A DNA stretch of 64,000 bases from Octopus vulgaris (lineage: Eukaryota). Both the position numbers and the translations under genes were made by a program. Where the stretch lies: the NCBI GenBank assembly GCA_951406725.2, contig OX597827.1:67518001-67582000 (forward strand). Reading direction: 5' to 3'. Under the pieces are notes generated by a model, which saw nothing but the letters and a program-made list of their open reading frames with translations, had not been told where the DNA came from and searched no databases. Below, piece after piece: positions 26,346-39,893 of the stretch (position 1 is the first letter of the stretch; every line of letters begins with the position of its first letter).

Positions 26346-27309
26346 ATTATGGATATTTAATTTAGATTTTTTCCCCTGCATTTATTGATTAAAACTGCGG
26401 TGTATTTATTGCTTTCTTGAACATTCTTTGATCTAAGATCAGTTTTAATTCTGCTACTCCTCTAAAGTATGTGACCTACTGGTTTAAATCTTAGCTCTGT
26501 AACGATTTCGTTAAGTGGTCTTGTGCTGGCGCACTTTAGAATGTCTTCATTGGCACTATGTTCTCAGATGAGGTGTAGGGACAGACACCGAATTTCGTTA
26601 TGCAACCATAATATACTACAAAGAATATTAAACGTTTAATTCAATATTGTGTTCTACTGTGTTAGCAGTGCTATTACATCACTTGTTAATTTTCTATAGA
26701 AAATCTGTAGCGATAACCTTAACAAGTATTGTAAATGCTATTATCAGTCCCAATATATCTAAGGCACGTTCGAACCGGTGAACAAGCTTCTCCCGTTTGT
26801 TGATAAATGGTGTTTCCTCACGATGTCTGTGAAGGAAAATCAGACATTCCTGGAATATAATTTCATCAATGTTCAAATACCTTCTAGATTAGTTTTGACT
26901 TTGATCGGAGCAATAAATGCATAAATCAATTATTAATTAATTATCATTGTTAATGCCACTGCACAATAATTAATCCTTTACCGTATATACACAATGCCTG
27001 AGATTTTAGAGATAGGAATCGTGCTTTACATCAACCTTAGAGGTCAATTCATATCTAATTTTCTTGACCTCAAAAGGATGAAAGGCAAAGTCGACCACGG
27101 CGTCATTTGAACTCAAAACGAGAAAAATGTCGTTAAGTATTTTGTCCGGTGTGATAACGATTCCGCCAGCTCGCCGTCGACAGCAAGATAATTAATAAAC
27201 TTAATAAATAATCACATCTTATTGTTGCTGCATGTAAAGGGTGTGCTTAAGTGTATTGGAATTCTCGACACACACACACACCTGTGCTTCACCGAACAGT
27301 AATATACCT

Positions 27310-27635
27310 GGTGAAGGCGCGTAGCTTAGTGGTTAGGGCATTCGATTCACGATTGTGGGGACGTGAGATCAATTCCCGGCGATAAGTTGTGTCCTTGAGC
27401 AAGTAACTTTATTTCACGTTGCTCCAGTCCACTCAACTGGCAAAGACGAGTAGTTCCTGTATTTCAAAAGGGCCGGCCTTGTCAGACCCTGGGTCACGCT
27501 GAACCTCCCCGAAAACTACGTTCAGAGTACACATGTCTGTGGATTGCTCACCCACTTGCACGTTAATTTCACGAGCAGGCTGTTGGGTTGAACGTTTCAT
27601 CTGGAACCCTTGTCGACGTACACGACGGAGTGTTC
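27310..27635 (+). mobile_element. Chimeric SINE: D head/CORE with C tail
   Basis: GTGAAGGCGCGTAGCTTAGTGGTTAG..TTGTGTCCTTGAGCAAG..CCACTCAACTG, then CCTGTATTTCAAAAGGGCCGGCCTTGTC..CACGTTAATTTCACGAGCAGGCTG..CGACGGAGTG. Confidence 0.85.
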
Positions 27636-27917
27636 CTAATACATCTAAAGATTAAGAACTCTTAATCTTTAGTACAATTGGTATGTTCCCATCGAGCATC
27701 ATCGGCGACTCTTGGAATTTTTGTTCATTGTTGTATTAAGGTGCATAAGCTACAGTCACATACACATACACACACACTCTCTCCCACCCACCCCCACACA
27801 CATATATTCACGCGAGAGTATGCTGCAATGTTCTTGACCTTAGGTAAAAGAAAATGCAGGTATATCAGTTATGATTCGATTCAAAATATTCCCTCTCAAG
27901 TTCACGCAGTTATTGCT

Positions 27918-28325
27918 GCGAGTGGCTGATTGGTAAGTAGTTTGCTTACCAACAACATGGCTCTGGGTTCAGTCCCACAGCGCGGCACCTTGAGTAAGTG
28001 TCTTCTACTATAGCTTCAGGCCGACCAAAGCCTTGTGAGTGGATTTGGTAGATGAAAACTGAAACAAGCCCGTCGCATGTATGTATATAAATATATGTGT
28101 GTGTGTATGTACATATGTACTTGTGTGTCTGTGTTTGTCCCCCCCACAATCGCTTGACAACCGATTTTGGTGTGTTTACGTCCCTTAAATTAGCTGTTCG
28201 TCAAAGCAGACCGATGGAATAAGAACTAGGCTTACAAAGAATAAGTCTTGGGATCGATTTGTTCAACTATAGGCTACTTGTTCGACTAATGGCCACAGTC
28301 GAATGACTGAAACAAATAAAAGAAA
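27918..28325 (+). mobile_element. SINE family A
   Basis: Head to tail match, followed by (GATA)n. Confidence 0.88.
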
Positions 28326-28341
28326 CGACAGACAGACAGAC

Positions 28342-28425
<84 letters not shown>

Positions 28426-28431
28426 CTCAAT

Positions 28432-28515
<84 letters not shown>

Positions 28516-28819
28516 ACAGACAGAGATAGATAGATAGTTAATTACGTCCGTCTTATATACATTTCTGATAGGGAAAAACATGCAGCTAATGTGATTACAA
28601 AGCCAATATTATTACAATAGTTTTATTAAGTTAGAAAAAGAATGCTTTACAACTGAATAACAACTGAAGACACACAATAAAATGTCCAGGTTCTCAAACT
28701 GTAATTAAGTATCGGTTAATTGCTCAAATTACCGGCTTTTAGTATTGGCACATTCTCGTCGTCTAGTTTCTGCAACGTGATGTACATTCTGGTACAGAGT
28801 TCTATATTATTCTTAAGAT

Positions 28820-29745
28820 TGGTTTCAAATTTTGGCACAAGGCCAGCCATTTTCAGGGAGGTGCTAAGTTGCTTATATCGATCACAGTGTTCAATTTGTA
28901 TTTATTTTATCGATCCCGAATGATGAAAAGCAAAGTCAACTCCGGCAGCATTTGAACTCAGACTGAAAATCCAGATGAAACGCCGTTAGGCATTTTTCCC
29001 GCCGTGCTAATGGTTCTGCCAGCTCGCTGCCTTTTATCTTCCTTAATATTTATATACGCCAAGGCGGTGAGCTGGCAGAAACGTTAGCACGCCGGGCGAA
29101 ATGCTTAGCAGTATTTTGTCTGCCGTTACGTTCTGAGTTCAAATTCCGCCGAAGTCGACTTTGCCTTTCATCCTTTCGGGGTCGATTAAATAAGTACCAG
29201 TTGCGCAATGGAGTCGATTTAATCGACTTAATCCGTTTCTCTCTCTTTGTTTGTCTTCTCTGTGTTTAGCCCCTTGTGCGTAGTAAAGAAATAGGTTTTT
29301 CGTTCGTCTGTTATTTAAGAGAATTTGACTGCTATTTCTAATTTATGATGCTAAACATGGCGCCTTCCTCGGTTCAAAATGTAGCACATGAAATTTGCTG
29401 ACACTAAAGGTGAAACTTAAAGTACATGATCGATAAATTAAATACCAGTTACGCACTGGGGTCAATGTAATCGACTTAATCCCTTCGTCTGCCCTTGTTT
29501 GTCCCCCTCTATGTTTAGCCCCTTGTGCGCAATAAAGAATTAAGAAACGTTAGCACGCCGGGCGAAATACTTATCGGTATTTCGTCCGTCTTTATGTTCT
29601 GAGTTCAAATTTCGCCGAGATCGACTCTGCCTTTCATCATTTCGGGGTCGATAAATTAAGTACTAGTTGCATATTGGGATCGATCTAATCGACTACCCCG
29701 CCCCCTCCGAAAATTTCGGGCCTTATGTCTAGAATACAAAAGAAT
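28820..29745. mobile_element. Cluster of SINE B copies (28820-29035 minus; 29060-29295 plus; 29430-29745 plus, composite)
   Basis: Repeated B head, Meta-like core and three alternative tails. Confidence 0.85.
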
Positions 29746-30244
29746 ATTCATATACGCATTTTATGGAGCATATTAATATCATATCAGATATGATGTGAAT
29801 AAATCATATAGGATATGTTAATCATATCATATATTCATCATATCATGTCAACATGCGCCCACACACGTGTGTGTGTGCGTGTGTGATGCGCCAGTTGGTA
29901 TTTTAAAACAGTAAATTGTTAACACCATGTGAGAAATTCACTCCAGCGAGGCCTCGTGTTTCTTAGCGGCCCTTGCTGACCAAACCTGCTGTGAAGCATT
30001 TTCTCACGCTACATCAATTACATAATGGAAAGAGGTGGGGCCACATTTGCCGCAAACAAGAATCTTTATTATACCTACACTTAAGGCGGCGAACCGGCCG
30101 AATAGTTACTGCACGAGAAAGTAGGCTTAACAACATTTCTTCCGGGTTTGCGTTCTGAGTTCAAATTACGCAGACATTGACTTTCATCCACGGCTCCTCT
30201 TCCTACAATATTTCAGGCTTTGTACCCACAGAAAAAGTTACACT

Positions 30245-30479
30245 TATTTTCTTTATTGCCCACAGGGGGCTAAACATAGAGGAGACAAATAAGGACAGAC
30301 AAACGGATTAAGTCGATTACATCGACCCCAGTGCATAACTGGTACTTAATTTATCGACCCGAAGGGATGAAAGGACAAAGTCGACCTCGGCGGAATTTGA
30401 ACTCAGAACGTAGTGGCAGACGAAATACTGCTAAGCATTTCGCCCGGCGTACTAACGTTTCTGCCAGCTCGCCGCCTTA
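30245..30479 (-). mobile_element. SINE family B, full length
   Basis: Reverse complement of B consensus ending CCAGCTCGCCGCCTT. Confidence 0.9.
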
Positions 30480-31218
30480 CAAGGAGTCATCAAAGAGTTA
30501 CACTTGCACATGCGCACTTGCACACGCATAACTACACTTGCACATATCTCGTATAGATATTTTTGAACGAACGAGAGTGTATTTCCGTGTGCATGTTCCT
30601 TAACTCAATACATACATTTGCAAACCATACGTTTAGTAATTATCACTGATGGCGAGTTTTCGAAGCCTTATTCATTATGCTTCACAACAAATAGAATGAT
30701 TAAATCAGATTATGTGGGGTGGGGGTGATATTTAATCTGCTTTTGCTTGGTGTCTTGATTGGATTTCTATTTAATTCCAATATTTACTGCGTCTTTGACC
30801 TTTGATCAGTCTCTGGTCTTTGATCATATTTCACTTTCGTAGCTCCCCGATAATGAAACCCTCCTTCGAAATTGGTCCAACACTTCCTTTCTTAAAAGCT
30901 TAAAAAGTGATTAATTGTTATAGAAAATGCCTTCCTTTAATCTTAGCGAGCCTCTGCGCATTTTCAACGATCAATTAAAAATACCAGCTAAATTTTCCTC
31001 AAATCTCACTCATTACTATCTTCAGAGAGAGAAGATGAAACTAGATGATATAATTCTGGATATAGTTTTTCATTCCGGGAACGTCCTTTTTTAAAATCTT
31101 CTATACCTTAGACTAAATAACAAGGTTTCAATTTTTTTTTTTCTCTTTTATAATTTTTTTTGGTGTGTGTGTGTGGGGGGGTAATTTTGCCTTGTATTGA
31201 TTCATCATTGATGTACAT

Positions 31219-31587
31219 GGAAGCACTCCGTCGGTTACGACGACGAGGGTTCCGGTTGATCCGATCCAACGGAACAGCCTGCTCGTGAAATTAACGTGTA
31301 AGTGGCTGAGCACTCCACAGACACGTGCACCCTTAACGTAGTTCTTGGGGATATTCAGCGTGACACAGAGAGTGACAAGGCCGGCCCTTTGAAATACAGG
31401 TACAGCAGAAACAGGAAGTAAGAGTGAGAGAAGGTTGTGGTGAAAGAGTACAGCAGGGATCACCACCATCCCTGCCGGAGCCTCATGGAGCTTTAGGTGT
31501 TTTCGCTCAATAAACACTCACAACGCCCGGTCTGGGAATCGAAACCGCGAGTCCGCTGCCCTAACCACTGGGCCATTGCACCTCCAC
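31219..31587 (-). mobile_element. SINE family C
   Basis: 14-bp TSD TCATTGATGTACAT; 14-bp deletion between CCGCGA repeats in the head. Confidence 0.93.
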
Positions 31588-31980
31588 TCATTGATGTACA
31601 TACCGCACCTGCGGGAGGAAATGCTCTCATGACCACAGCCAGCATTTCCTATTTGGTGCTGAAATTTGTTTCGAAGGTTCGCTTTACCCACCACGCTGGG
31701 TCTATGGGTTGACTATGGTATGTTTCAGGCACATAAGCAGAATTTAACTCGGAACGCAGCGAGCTGGAACATGTACAACACAACCTGTCCGACATTCTTA
31801 CCTTTCCACCAATCCTCCATCTTCGTTACGTATAATTTTATGAACCCTGAAATGACAGCAGGTAATGTCGACCACGGTATGGTTTGATTAGAGAATTAGA
31901 ACAAATACTTCGAAACTTAATCCAACACTCTAATAACTCTACCAATTCGCTGCTATTTTTCTTTCTAAATGTTATATATG

Positions 31981-32398
31981 TTGGGTTGTCCGGAAAGTTC
32001 GTGCCAATTTATAGTAGCTTACCTTTCGACTTATTTTAGAACATGGTTGAGTTCATAAAATAGGATTTGACTACACCTCCATTTAGAGCACAGTTTAAAC
32101 TATCTTTTCGTGGAAGAAGGTTTATGTTCCTATAACCTGTGTTAATTCTGTAACCCTTTAAAATGGAAGGTAAGAAAGTTCACTTTCGGCACTTGATGCT
32201 TTGGAAACCAGATAAAAATTGCTTCAGCTCGGCTGGGATGTGTTACCCCACCCTCCATATTCACCAGATATTGCTCCTTCGGATTTCCACTTATTCAGGT
32301 CTCTGCAGAAAAGTCTTAATGGTAAAACTTTTCAATTCCTTGGATGACGTAAAGAGAAACTTTGATGAATATATTCTTCCCAGAATTGAGGTGGTTTC
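31981..32398 (+). mobile_element. Second copy of the non-autonomous mariner, 3'-truncated with a short inversion
   Basis: Left TIR TTGGGTTGTCCGGAAAGTTCGTGCC; MEGKKVHFRHLML; same deletion junction as the 11240 copy. Confidence 0.88.
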
Positions 32399-32399
32399 T

Positions 32400-32770
32400 T
32401 GTGATGGCATCTGTTTCAAGACAGATGAATTGAGCCTATTCTTATGTTTTCAACGTAAATACTTGCGTTGTTAGCCTGGTTGGACATCCTAACGAAATAT
32501 ACTTGGACATGTGTTACGATTGCATATGGCACGATCAGTGAGACCCTTTCTCGAATGGAAGTCAAAGCTGGAGCGTTGGAGATGAAACAGTCCTTCCCGG
32601 CTATGATTGATTGATCACTACGAAGGAGATTAAAGTAGGTATGATCCTGGTCCGAGAGTAGGCTCGTGATAAAATCTCAGACCATACTAGGCAGATTTTC
32701 TCCCGATGACCGATGCTCAACGCTGATCAGGAGAAGCTAAACCTAAAACATACCACACTGCACTTAGAAC
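32400..32770 (+). mobile_element. Possible degenerate RTE-type LINE 3' fragment
   Basis: Translated pieces FQRKYLRC and LGHVLRL resemble the RTE ORF2 C-terminus. Confidence 0.3.
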
Positions 32771-32781
32771 ATGATGCACAT

Positions 32782-33160
32782 GGAAGCCGTCGGTTACGAC
32801 GACGAGGGTTCCGGTTGATCCGAATCAACGGAACAGCCTGCTCGTGAAATTAACGTGTAAGTGGCTGAGCACTCCACAGACACGTGTACCCTTAACGTAG
32901 TTCTTGGGGATATTCAGCGTGACACAGAGAGTGACAAGGCCGGCCCTTTGAAATACAGGCACAACAGAAACAGGAAGAAAGAGTGAGAGAAAGTTGTGGT
33001 GAAAGAGTACAGCAGGGATCACCACCATCCTCCGCCGGAGCCTCGTGGAGCTTTAGGTGTTTTCGCTCAATAAACACTCACAACGCCCGGTCGGGAATCG
33101 AAACCGCGATCCTATGACCGCGAGTCCGCTGCCCTAACCACTGGGCCATTGCGCCTCCAT
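32782..33160 (-). mobile_element. SINE family C
   Basis: Near-identical to other C copies. Confidence 0.92.
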
Positions 33161-33467
33161 GATACGAACATGATACGAACCAATGATCGTTTAGATGCAT
33201 CATTGATTGCTTGTCGCCAAAGAGAGTTCTGTAATATTCTTAATAAAGTTAATATATCTCAATAGAATTGTTAACTCTGCTCTTACTTGAACATCTGAAG
33301 GCAAAAGTTTCCGCTATCTTACCAATATTTCTGAAAAACCACCGGAATTGTGAGAAGCGTCATTCTGTAAACCAGACAGATAAGAACGAGAATAATGGAG
33401 CAGACAATGATATCGCGAAACCATAATACAAAACTTCGATAAAGAATACTGAATTCTTTCTTCTTTC

Positions 33468-33538
<71 letters not shown>

Positions 33539-33539
33539 T

Positions 33540-33571
33540 CATGCATATACATATGTATAAATGTATGCATG

Positions 33572-33624
<53 letters not shown>

Positions 33625-33721
33625 CATGCATATACATATGTATAAATGTATGCATGTATGCATATATATATATATATATATTTTCTATATATGCATATAC
33701 ATATGTATAAATGTATGCATG

Positions 33722-33756
<35 letters not shown>

Positions 33757-33940
33757 TTATATACATGAATATACATATGTATAAATGTATGCATGTATGT
33801 ATATATATATATATATATTCTATATATGCATATACATATGTATAAATGTATGCATGTATGTATATATATATACATATATATATATATATGTTTATATACA
33901 TGCATATACATCTGTATAAATGTATGCATGTATGTATGTA
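33540..33940. repeat. Minisatellite ATGCATATACATATGTATAAATGTATGCATGTATG plus variable (TA)n, about 6 units
   Basis: Direct inspection. Confidence 0.9.
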
Positions 33941-33963
33941 TGTTTGTGTATTATGTATATATA

Positions 33964-34011
<48 letters not shown>

Positions 34012-34443
34012 GCATGTAATTCGAGATATCTATAATTAGTGATACAGGCTACTTGATTTTTCGTTGATATTTTTCACTTGTAATATATGCTTCGTATTGA
34101 ACCATAAGATAACAAAAAAATCTCAGAATGAAATGAGGTTTTGATAAGGTATCTGACAGGCAACCTAGATATAAGATGATGGCAGTCTGGTATCTTGATA
34201 TCAGCGTTGCTCTCCTTTGCACAGCCAACACTCTCTGCTATTGCCGACCTAGTTCCACATTAGCACCAAGTAAATGCCTATAGATTGAGATCAAAATGCT
34301 GCGGATTTAAGTGCGACATCATTACAAATAAAAAAAGATGCAATGTAAATCTGACAGAAGAAAAAAACTGAAGGATTAAAAGTGAAAGTAGAAAGTTTTT
34401 TGGTGAGAGAATTGTGATAATGATAACAATAATCATAAAAATC

Positions 34444-34446
34444 GTA

Positions 34447-34526
<80 letters not shown>

Positions 34527-34743
34527 GGTGGTGGTAGTAGTAGTAGTAGTAGATTTTGGTGGTGGTGGTGGTGGTGGTGGTGGTGGTGGCATTGCTGGTG
34601 GTAGTGGTGTTGGTGTTGGTGTGGTGTTGGTGGTGGTGATGATGGTGGTGGTTTTAGTGGTGGTAGTAGTCGCTGTAGAAGTAGTAGTTGTGGTGGTAGC
34701 AGTAGTTGAAGTAGTCGTAGTAGTAGTAGCAGTAGTAGTAATG

Positions 34744-34774
<31 letters not shown>

Positions 34775-34815
34775 TGATGGTGGTGGTGTTGATGGTGATG
34801 GTGGTGATTTTGGTG

Positions 34816-34847
<32 letters not shown>

Positions 34848-35064
34848 GGTGGCATTGCTGGTGGTAGTGGTGTTGGTGTTGGTGGTGGTGATGATGGTGA
34901 TGGTTTTAGTGGTGGTAGTAGTAGTAGTTGTAGAAGTAGTAGTAGTGGTACCACTAGTTGAAGTAGTCGTAGTAGTAGTAGCAGTAGTTGAAGTGGTAGT
35001 AGTAGTAGTAGTAGTAGTAGTGTGGTAGTGATGGTGGTGGTGTTGATGGTGATGGTGGTGATTT

Positions 35065-35131
<67 letters not shown>
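34444..35131. repeat. (GTA/GTG)n array with a 254-bp higher-order repeat
   Basis: Marker GATTTTGGT at 34552, 34806 and 35060; GGCATTGCTGGTGG twice. Confidence 0.9.
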
Positions 35132-35132
<1 letters not shown>

Positions 35133-35660
35133 CATCTCGTTTACATTCTCTACTAACAATTTATGGGCCCATTTTAAATATTTGAACCAGAAGTAGGGAA
35201 TCTTATCATGTACAGGTGTCTTCCAATCAAGCTTTTTCTTCTTTATTTTGTTATAATATCTTGTTTATTTCAATTCTTCTTACGGATGCCCACAGTTGCT
35301 AAGATTCTCTGTTCATTGTTCTTTTAACAGTCATTTCCTGGCTTGTCCTTCTCTGCCTATACACCTCCCCAAAATTAATCTTCATCTTTGCCTGCGTTGA
35401 CTTTTCCAGTGCTGTATTAACGCAAATAGTGATGATAATAATAATAATAAATAGTGATGATAATGATAATTCTTTCTAATTTTTGGCACAGGGCCAGTAA
35501 TTTTAAGCGGAGGGGGGAATCAAATCAATTAAATCGAATCCAGTATTCGTCTAGTACTTATTTTATCGTCCACCGACCACGAAAGGGTGAAAGACAGAAC
35601 CTACCACGGCAGAATTTGAACTTGGAAAGTGAAGCTGGAGGAAATGCCGCTATTTTGTAT

Positions 35661-36055
35661 AGGCGCAGGAGTGGCTGTGTGGTAAGTAGCTTGCCTACCA
35701 ACCACATGGTTCTGGGTTCAGTCCCACTGCGTGGCATCTTGGGCAAGTGTCTTCTGCTATAGCCTCGGACCGACCAATGCCTTGTGAGTGGATTTGGTAG
35801 ACGGAAACTGAAAGACGCCTGTCGTATATATGTATATATATGTATGTATGTGTATATATATGTTTGTGTGTCTGTGTTTGTCCCCCTAGCATTGCTTGAC
35901 AACCGATGCTGGTGTGTTTACGTCCCCGTCACTTAGCGGTTCGGCAAAAGAGACCAAGACCCGGGGTCGATTTGCTCGACTAAAGGCGGTGCTCCAGCAT
36001 GGCCGCAGTCAAATGACTGAAACAAGTAAAAGAGTAAAGAGTAAGAGTAAGAGTA
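35661..36055 (+). mobile_element. SINE family A inserted into an older minus-strand SINE B
   Basis: Full A head; B remnants at 35478-35660 and 36056-36070. Confidence 0.9.
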
Positions 36056-36112
36056 ATTCTGCCAGCTCGAAAAAGGTTAAATATTTTGGGGATGAAGTGG
36101 ATGATTATTATA

Positions 36113-36380
36113 AAGGGTAACGTCTCCCTTCGGTCATGAATGACCATGGGATTGCATCTAGAAAACTCCCCTCCCAGTCAAAAGTTTGGACAAGGTTGTT
36201 TATGGAAGGTCAGCAGTTGATTATACATACCAGCTTCCCTTCTCCACGCCACCGATGTTACCCAAGAGAAAGGCAAAGAGGCCGATACAGCTTGGCACCA
36301 ATGATGTCGTAACTCATTTCTACAGCCGGGGTAACTGGAAATACGTGGAATGAAGTGTCTTGCTCAAGAACACAACACAG
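36113..36380 (-). mobile_element. SINE family D, 5'-truncated
   Basis: Aligns to 13801-14060. Confidence 0.85.
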
Positions 36381-37116
36381 ATATTTATTGCTACTCTGTT
36401 TTAACGACTCTCTAGGATGTATGACAACGTTGACATCGGCTGGATTTTGAACTCTGAATGTGAAGGACCGTAAGAATATACTGCAAACCATTTTATCAAA
36501 CGAGCTAACGATTCACTGAATCCAAGGTAAAAAAAAAAAGCAACAAAATCTCAAACATTTTAGGTGAGAGCAAAAAAACGCTTTAATCTACACAAACAAA
36601 TTGTCAGTATGAAATTTATCGAACTCCTATATTTTATCAATACATTATTTATCAAGTCTGATAAGCTTCAGTTTGAATGCAGAACCTAAAGGAATTATAT
36701 AACGCAGATCATTATTTCCACCACTCAACCGATTTTGCTTAATAATATATTCTGATATTTGCATGGATCAAGATGACGCCAGCGTGTGAGAAGTATCGAG
36801 TTTATCATTAATTACGTAAGTGGCGACAGGGTTATAAGCATGAAGCATGTCAGAATAAGGAATTCGTATCACAGATTACGTTATCTCTGCTGTATAGTAA
36901 ATTAGGAAAATCTGAGGAAATTCGTGATATTCTGCCGATATCTTATTCTTGTTAAATTTCGAAAAGAGCCAATATTTTAAGGAACGAAACAATAAGAGTT
37001 TATCAAAATTATGTCTTTAACAGAAATGCATTTACAAGGGGGTTTGTTTGTTTGGTTTAGTTTTCTTTTTTCTTTTTTTGTATGTGAAAATACATTGATT
37101 AAAAAATAATCATCCT

Positions 37117-37282
37117 AGGCGTAGGAGTGGCTGTGTGGTAAGTAGCTTGTTTATCAACCACATGGTTCCGGGTTCAGTCCTACTGCGTGGCACCTTGGGT
37201 AAGTTTCTTCTACTATAGCCCCGTGCCGACCAATGCCTTGTGAGTGGATTTGGTAGACGGAAACTGATAGCCGCCCGGCGTA

Positions 37283-37332
<50 letters not shown>

Positions 37333-37562
37333 TGGGTGTGTTTGTGTCTGTGTTTGTCCCCCTAACATTGCTTGACAACCGATGCTAGTGTGTTTACGTC
37401 CCCGTCACTTAGCAGTTCGGCAAAAGAGACCGATAGAATAAGTACTGGGCTTACAAAGAATAAGTGCTGGGATCGATTTGCTCGACTAAAGGCGGTGCTC
37501 CAGCATGGACGCAGTCAAATGACTGAAACAAGTAAAAGAGTAAAAGAGTAAAGAGTAAAGAA
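37117..37562 (+). mobile_element. SINE family A, full length, followed by an older A head (37569-37735)
   Basis: AGGCGTAGGAGTGGCTGTGTGG..GTAAAAGAGTAAAAGAG. Confidence 0.92.
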
Positions 37563-37794
37563 GAATATAGGCGCAGATGTGGTAGTATAGTGGGGAAGCT
37601 TGTTCCCCAATTATGTGGTCTTGGGTTCATTTCCACTGCGTATTCCTTGGGCAAGTGTCTTATGTTATAGCCACGAACGAACGAAAGCCTTGTGAGTGGA
37701 TCTGATAGACGGAATGAGATCGAAGCCTGCCGTGTGTGTGCGTACGTGTGTGTATGTGTGTATGAGTTCGTGTGCTTGTGTATTTGTATATATG

Positions 37795-38139
37795 TTTCTT
37801 TATTACCTACAAGGGGCTAAACATAGAGGGGACAAACGAAAGGATGAAAGGCAAAGTCGACCTCGGCGGAATTTGAACTCAGAACGTAGCGGCAGATGAA
37901 ATACCTATTTCTTTACTACCCACAAGGGGCTAAAAACAGAGAGGACAAACAAGGACAGACAAACGGATTAAGTCGATTACATCGACACCAGTGCGTAACT
38001 GGTACTCAATTTATCGACCCCGAAAGGATGAAAGGCAAAGTCGACCTCGGCGGAATTTGAACTCAGAACGTAACGGCAGACGAAATACGGCTACGCATTT
38101 CGCCCGGCGTGCTAACGTCTCCGCCAGCTCGCCACCTTA
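37795..38139 (-). mobile_element. SINE B dimer (one unit internally deleted)
   Basis: Junction GAAATACCTATTTCTTTACT. Confidence 0.88.
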
Positions 38140-38584
38140 GTGCGTGTATATTTGTATATATATGTGTGTGTATCTTTGAATTTGTCCACCAAGAGTGCTG
38201 CACAACCGCTGTTGGATTGTTAACGTACCCATAACATTAATATTCTAATTGAATTAAGACTCTGCACCGGCAGAATCATCGCACGCCGGGCAAAATGCCT
38301 CACGGTATTTTGTCCATCTTTACAGTCTGGGTTCAAGCTCTGCCGAGCTGCACGTTCTCCTTCATTATTTCGGGGTCGATAAAATAAGCACCAGTTGATC
38401 GCTGGGGTCTATGTAATGGACTTACCCCTTCCGCAATACTGCTGGCTTTGTACCAAAATTAAAAATCAATAGAAGTGACTGTGTGGTACGTAGCTTGCTT
38501 ACCAACCACAGGGTCCCGGGTTCAGTCCCACCGCGTGGCACCTTAGGCAAGTGTCTTCTACTATAGCCTAAATATATATATAAT

Positions 38585-38760
38585 GAAAGAAATGGGAAGA
38601 CAACAAAAGAACGAAAGAGACCTCGATATTATGTAAATAGAGGAATTTATCTGTAAATATAATATGTGACAATTATACGGTAGCCAAGATAAAACTCCGA
38701 GTTTTGGATGTCGGGGCGGAAGCAAACGCGGCCATCCCTTCAGTTATTGATTTTTTCGAT
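38585..38760 (-). mobile_element. Penelope-like terminal remnant with degenerate hammerhead (38689-38747); sister copy at 53130-53228 (+)
   Basis: Minus strand ATAA-CTGAAG-GGATG..CATCC-AAAAC-TCGGA-GTT-TTAT; sister copy retains CATCCGAAACTCTGAGTT. Confidence 0.55.
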
Positions 38761-38804
38761 GGCCCGATAGTTGAGGAGATGGCAGCGTGGGTTTCTGCCC
38801 TGAT

Positions 38805-39287
38805 ATCTTTATTGGCCACAAGGGGATAAACATAGTGGGGACAAACAATGACAGACAAAGGGATTAAGCCGATTACATCGACCCCACTGCGTAACTGGTA
38901 CTTATTTAATCGAACCCGAAAGAATGAAAGGCAAAGTCGACCTCAGCGGAATTTGAACTCAGAACGTAGCGGCAGACGAAATACCTATTTCTTTACTGCC
39001 CACAAGGGGCTAAACACACAGAGGACAAACAAGGACAGACAAGCGGATTAAGTCGATTATATCGGCCCCAATGCGTAACTGGTACTTACTTTATCGACCC
39101 CGAGAGGATGAAAGGCAAAGTCAACCTCGGCGGAATTTGAACTCAGAACGTAGCGGCAGACGAAATACCTATTTCTTTACTACCCACAAGGAGCTACATA
39201 CAGAGGGGACAAACAAGGGCAGACAAACGGATTAAGTCGATTACATCGACCCCAGTGTGTAACTGGTACTTAATTTATCGACCCCCA
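38805..39287 (-). mobile_element. SINE B headless tandem trimer (about 184-bp period)
   Basis: Junction CCTATTTCTTTACT at about 38983 and 39167. Confidence 0.9.
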
Positions 39288-39659
39288 AACGTGTGCATGT
39301 GTGTGCGCGTATGCATGTGTGTGCGCGTGTGCATGTGTGTGCGCGTGCTTACGATAGACAAATATTATGCTTACGATAGACAAATATTATTGACAAACGA
39401 TAACAGTCAGAAACGTCAGATTATCCATATGGCAATTTCCATTATCAAACTTTTTCTATAAAATTTCCTATAAAGTAATAGATGCTGAAGTTGCCGACTA
39501 GCACCACATACTTCAGATTCCTGATTTTACGCTCCTGCAATCCACTAATCTCATAATTAAATATATAATGATACAATTTATAACCTTCAACGCTTCCGAT
39601 TTACTAAGAAACGTTTAGATATTTCCTAATGGTGTTGTAAAATTATGATATATTATCGT

Positions 39660-39735
<76 letters not shown>

Positions 39736-39753
39736 ATGCATATATATGTATAG

Positions 39754-39795
<42 letters not shown>

Positions 39796-39860
39796 GTGTA
39801 TGTGTGTGTATATGTATGTATGCATGTATCTGTATATACAGATAAGTAGATATATATGTG

Positions 39861-39893
<33 letters not shown>

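Noticed and set aside
34278-35159. 293-aa Thr/Pro-rich mucin-like ORF
   Set aside because: Trinucleotide array open in several frames on both strands; 254-bp period breaks frame
38805-39287. CRISPR-like or retrozyme-like array
   Set aside because: Whole units repeat with no unique spacers, and I found no ribozyme core in the SINE B unit
39385-39425. TTGACAA..GAAACGTC
   Set aside because: Stems I and II do not pair in the required register
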